A stretch of 49,808 nucleotides of DNA from contig JBMFXG010000001.1 in the NCBI GenBank assembly GCA_049964535.1, forward strand, positions 1 to 49,808, written 5' to 3'. Each line of letters begins with the position of its first letter. Within the stretch, counting starts at the first letter, position 1. Shown here one piece after another: positions 46,454 through 49,808 of this stretch. The DNA is from Acidimicrobiales bacterium. GTDB taxonomy: Bacteria; Actinomycetota; Acidimicrobiia; Acidimicrobiales; Acidimicrobiaceae. Under the pieces are notes generated by a model. It did no database searches. It worked only from the letters and a program-made list of their open reading frames with translations, and had not been told where the DNA came from. Made by a program: the position numbers and the translations under genes.

Positions 46454-49400
46454 ATGTCTCGTTCAAGGTCTCCGGAGCGGTTCTCATTTGCCAATGTCGA
46501 TGAAGTATTGCCGCTTCCCGACCTTATCTCGATTCAAAGAGAATCGTTCGATTGGTTTTTGAAGGAAGGGCTCGTTGAGACCTTCCGAGATATCTCGCCG
46601 ATCACAGACTTCAGCGGTCAGCTTACGTTAGATCTTGAGTTCGATCCAGACGACCCCGATCTCCGTCCACTGTCGAAGTTCACTGTTGAGGAGTGCAAGG
46701 AGCGAGACATGACGTACTCTGCTCCGATCTTCGTGCGGGCACGCTTCTTCAACCAGGCTACTTTTGAGATCAAAGAGCAGACCGTCTTCATGGGCGACTT
46801 TCCGATGATGACCGATCGTGGTACGTTCATCATCAACGGCACCGAACGTGTGGTGGTGTCACAACTTGTGCGCTCCCCAGGAGTCTTGTTCCAAGAGGGT
46901 CGTGATCCTAAGGTCATCGTCACCGGAACGATCAATCCGTATCGGGGTGAGTGGATTGAGTTCGACGTGGAAGCCAAGCCTGGACGTGACATCAATGCTG
47001 GCGGAAGAGTTGCCCGTAAGAGGCGAGTCTCGCTCTTCACTCTTTTACGTGCGCTCGGATATACCGATCACGAGATGCTGGATCGATTCGTTCGACATTT
47101 TGACTTCCTTGAGAATCAATGGCAGAAAGAACGGAATGACTTTGAGACTGAAGATCTCGCTCTTCTTGAGGTCTATAAGAGAGCCCGCCCGGGTGAGCCA
47201 CCGAGTGTCGATGCGGCTCGCAGCTACTTCGAGCAGGCTTTTTTCCAACCGAAACGGTACGATCTGACCCGTGTTGGGCGTTACAAACTCTCTCGGAAGC
47301 TAGGTCCTGAGCTCGTAAAGCTCTCCGAGATTTTGGGAGTTCCGCTGGAGGCGGATCCCGTTCATCCTCATGTACTCTCGCGGCCAGAGATTCTTGCTAC
47401 TGCGTCGTACATGTTGCACTTAGCCTCTGGAGTACCGGGCTATCGCTTTGATGATCAAGACCACTTCGCGAATCGTAGGGTGCGTAGCGTTGGTGAGCTC
47501 ATTCAAAATCAGCTGCGACTCGGGCTTTCAAGGCTCGAGCGTTTGGTCCGAGAGCGTATGACGACTCAGGACGTTGAGGCCATCACTCCCCAGACGTTGA
47601 TCAATATCCGTCCGGTTGTCGCTGCTATTAAAGAGTTTTTTGGTACGTCTCAGCTCTCGCAGTTCATGGATCAGAACAACCCGCTCTCTGGTCTTGCGCA
47701 CAAGCGTCGTCTGTCCGCTTTGGGGCCTGGCGGTCTCTCTCGGGAGCGAGCCGGTTTTGAGGTTCGAGACGTGCACTCATCGCACTACGGGAGAATGTGT
47801 CCAATCGAGACTCCGGAAGGCCCAAATATCGGATTGATCGGTGCCTTGGCCTCCTACGCACGGGTGAATGAGCATGGTTTCATCGAGACGCCGTATCGAA
47901 AGGTTCACCAAGGCAGGGTCTCAGATGAGGTCGTGTATCTCGCCGCTGATGAGGAAGAAGAGTTCATCATCGCGCAGGCCTCAGCCAAGCTCGACGGCGA
48001 AGGTAACTTCGTTGAGGACAGAGTACTCGTTCGCCGAGCGCCGCAAGGAGCGGTAGTCCGAGTAGGCGCGAACGCGGTGTCTTACGGTTCTACGTCAGAA
48101 GTGGACGTAGTGGCGCCATCAGAAGTAGACCTTATGGACATCTCGCCGAAACAGATCATCTCGGTTTCGACGTCGTTGATACCCTTTATTGAGCATGACG
48201 ACGCAAACCGTGCTCTCATGGGTGCGAACATGCAGAAGCAGGCCGTTCCGCTTGTGGCTCCCGAAGCACCCTATATTGGTACCGGTGTGGAGGCGCGCGC
48301 TGCTCAAGATGCCGGCGACGTACTCTTAGCCGAAGGGGTCGGCACGGTTGTTGATCTCAGCGGCGACGCAATCACGGTTGAGTATGAGGCCGGACAGACC
48401 GATCGTCTAGGCACTCCACTAGGTCGGAAGATCTACCGTCTTTCGAAGTTCAAGCGGTCAAATCAGAATACCTGTTTGAATCAGCGAGTGCTTGTGGATC
48501 TCGGGCAGAGTCTGCAGGCCGGTGATCTTCTCGCTGATGGGCCAGCAACCCATAACGGGGAGCTGGCTCTTGGAAAGAATCTTCTCGTTGCCTTCATGCC
48601 GTGGGAGGGTTACAACTACGAAGACGCGATCATCTTGTCAGAACGTCTCGTTCGTGATGACGTCTTAACCTCGATCCACATTGAAGAGTACGAGACCGAC
48701 GCACGTGACACCAAGCTCGGCGCCGAAGAGATCACTCGTGATATACCGAACCTCTCTGAGGAGATCCTTGCAGATCTCGACGAGCGAGGTATTATTCGTG
48801 TTGGAGCAGAGGTCAGCGCTGGTGACGTCTTAGTCGGTAAGGTAACGCCAAAGGGCGAGACCGAGCTAACTCCCGAGGAGCGCCTCTTGAGGGCTATCTT
48901 TGGCGAGAAGTCTCGGGAAGTACGCGATACTTCTCTCAAGGTTCCTCACGGCGAGTCTGGGAAGGTCATTGACGTCAAGGTGTTCACCCGCGAGGACTCT
49001 GCGGAGTTGGCTCCGGGAGTGAACGAGCTCGTTCGGGTCTACGTTGCGCAACGGAGGAAGATTACTGAAGGCGACAAACTAGCTGGGCGTCACGGTAACA
49101 AGGGCGTCATCTCGAAGATTCTCCCAGTGGAAGATATGCCGTATCTTTCGGACGGTTCCCCCGTGGATATCATCTTGAATCCATTAGGTGTCCCATCCAG
49201 AATGAACGTTGGCCAGGTGCTCGAGTCCCATCTGGGCTATGCAGCTCGTTGGGGTTGGGCTGGCAACCCCGTTGCTCATGAGCCGATTCGAGGTACTGAG
49301 ACCAAGACTCGTCCTAGGACCGAGCCGTCTACCTGGGTTGCGACTCCGGTGTTCGACGGAGCACACTGGGATGAGGAAGAGAAGGCAGGTCGTCATATGA

Positions 49401-49808
49401 CGATGAAGCGGATCTTCGAGAACCTGAACCCCGACTCTGCAAACGGTACTCATCAGGTTGGGGTCGATGGCAAGGTGACGCTCTATAACGGTCGAACTGG
49501 CGAGCCATACGACAACAAGATCTCCGTCGGGTACGTCTACATCTTGAAGCTTGCGCACCTTGTCGATGACAAGATTCACGCACGCTCTACCGGTCCATAC
49601 TCAATGATTACGCAGCAGCCACTCGGTGGTAAGGCTCAGTTCGGTGGTCAGCGCTTTGGAGAGATGGAGGTCTGGGCGCTCGAGGCGTACGGTGCGGCCT
49701 ACGCTCTCCAGGAGCTGCTCACGATCAAATCTGACGATATTGCGGGACGAGTTAAGGTCTACGAATCAATCGTCAAGGGTGAGAACATTCCTGAACCTGG
49801 GATACCAG
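46454..49808 (+). CDS. rpoB: DNA-directed RNA polymerase subunit beta, partial; continues beyond the window end
   Basis: Not in the track because there is no stop in the window. My translation reads [40 protein letters not shown]...[33 protein letters not shown]...[45 protein letters not shown]...[12 protein letters not shown]...[28 protein letters not shown] lies 7-10 nt upstream. The start is TTG 46451 or ATG 46454. Confidence 0.95.
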   Translation, partial: MSRSRSPERFSFANVDEVLPLPDLISIQRESFDWFLKEGLVETFRDISPITDFSGQLTLDLEFDPDDPDLRPLSKFTVEECKERDMTYSAPIFVRARFFNQATFEIKEQTVFMGDFPMMTDRGTFIINGTERVVVSQLVRSPGVLFQEGRDPKVIVTGTINPYRGEWIEFDVEAKPGRDINAGGRVARKRRVSLFTLLRALGYTDHEMLDRFVRHFDFLENQWQKERNDFETEDLALLEVYKRARPGEPPSVDAARSYFEQAFFQPKRYDLTRVGRYKLSRKLGPELVKLSEILGVPLEADPVHPHVLSRPEILATASYMLHLASGVPGYRFDDQDHFANRRVRSVGELIQNQLRLGLSRLERLVRERMTTQDVEAITPQTLINIRPVVAAIKEFFGTSQLSQFMDQNNPLSGLAHKRRLSALGPGGLSRERAGFEVRDVHSSHYGRMCPIETPEGPNIGLIGALASYARVNEHGFIETPYRKVHQGRVSDEVVYLAADEEEEFIIAQASAKLDGEGNFVEDRVLVRRAPQGAVVRVGANAVSYGSTSEVDVVAPSEVDLMDISPKQIISVSTSLIPFIEHDDANRALMGANMQKQAVPLVAPEAPYIGTGVEARAAQDAGDVLLAEGVGTVVDLSGDAITVEYEAGQTDRLGTPLGRKIYRLSKFKRSNQNTCLNQRVLVDLGQSLQAGDLLADGPATHNGELALGKNLLVAFMPWEGYNYEDAIILSERLVRDDVLTSIHIEEYETDARDTKLGAEEITRDIPNLSEEILADLDERGIIRVGAEVSAGDVLVGKVTPKGETELTPEERLLRAIFGEKSREVRDTSLKVPHGESGKVIDVKVFTREDSAELAPGVNELVRVYVAQRRKITEGDKLAGRHGNKGVISKILPVEDMPYLSDGSPVDIILNPLGVPSRMNVGQVLESHLGYAARWGWAGNPVAHEPIRGTETKTRPRTEPSTWVATPVFDGAHWDEEEKAGRHMTMKRIFENLNPDSANGTHQVGVDGKVTLYNGRTGEPYDNKISVGYVYILKLAHLVDDKIHARSTGPYSMITQQPLGGKAQFGGQRFGEMEVWALEAYGAAYALQELLTIKSDDIAGRVKVYESIVKGENIPEPGIP

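Overview
Core-chromosome window from what looks like a moderate-GC, non-mycelial actinobacterium. I infer an Acidimicrobiia-like organism from mshA (mycothiol), a Ni-type SOD, actinobacterial synteny and compact overlapping operons. This taxon call is inference, not a search result.

Gene order, left to right:
- A minus-strand sugar-uptake operon: GH36-like glycosidase, then ABC solute-binding protein, then permease. The permease runs off the left edge.
- A hypothetical membrane protein and a DUF2891 protein.
- A divergent sodN/sodX nickel superoxide dismutase module, followed by an RsiG-like (c-di-GMP anti-sigma type) gene.
- mshA, ybjN-like, proC.
- A tetrapyrrole cluster: sirC-like, hemA, hemC, cobA-hemD fusion, hemB, hemL.
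- A geranylgeranyl-reductase-family flavoprotein.
- A complete 14-gene nuoA-N operon, mostly with overlapping stop/start codons.
- yajQ and tRNA-Tyr.
- A GT-C MptB-like mannosyltransferase, an AlkA-like glycosylase and a GNAT acetyltransferase.
- The conserved block tRNA-Thr, tRNA-Met, rpmG, [ECF sigma], tRNA-Trp, secE, nusG, rplK, rplA, rplJ, rplL, rpoB. rpoB runs off the right edge.

I saw no rRNA, CRISPR array, transposase, integrase or recognisable defence genes.

The unexplained material is four ORF-poor tracts in an otherwise tightly packed region: 3839-5088, 5800-6464, 35751-36257 and 36857-38594. The other notable points are the RsiG-like protein, the orphan ECF sigma sitting in the rpmG/tRNA-Trp slot, and a repeat/palindrome cluster in the sugar operon spacer. 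I could not identify any of the ORF-poor tracts as a known RNA family by eye. They are the best candidates for something undescribed, but decayed pseudogenes are an equally good explanation.
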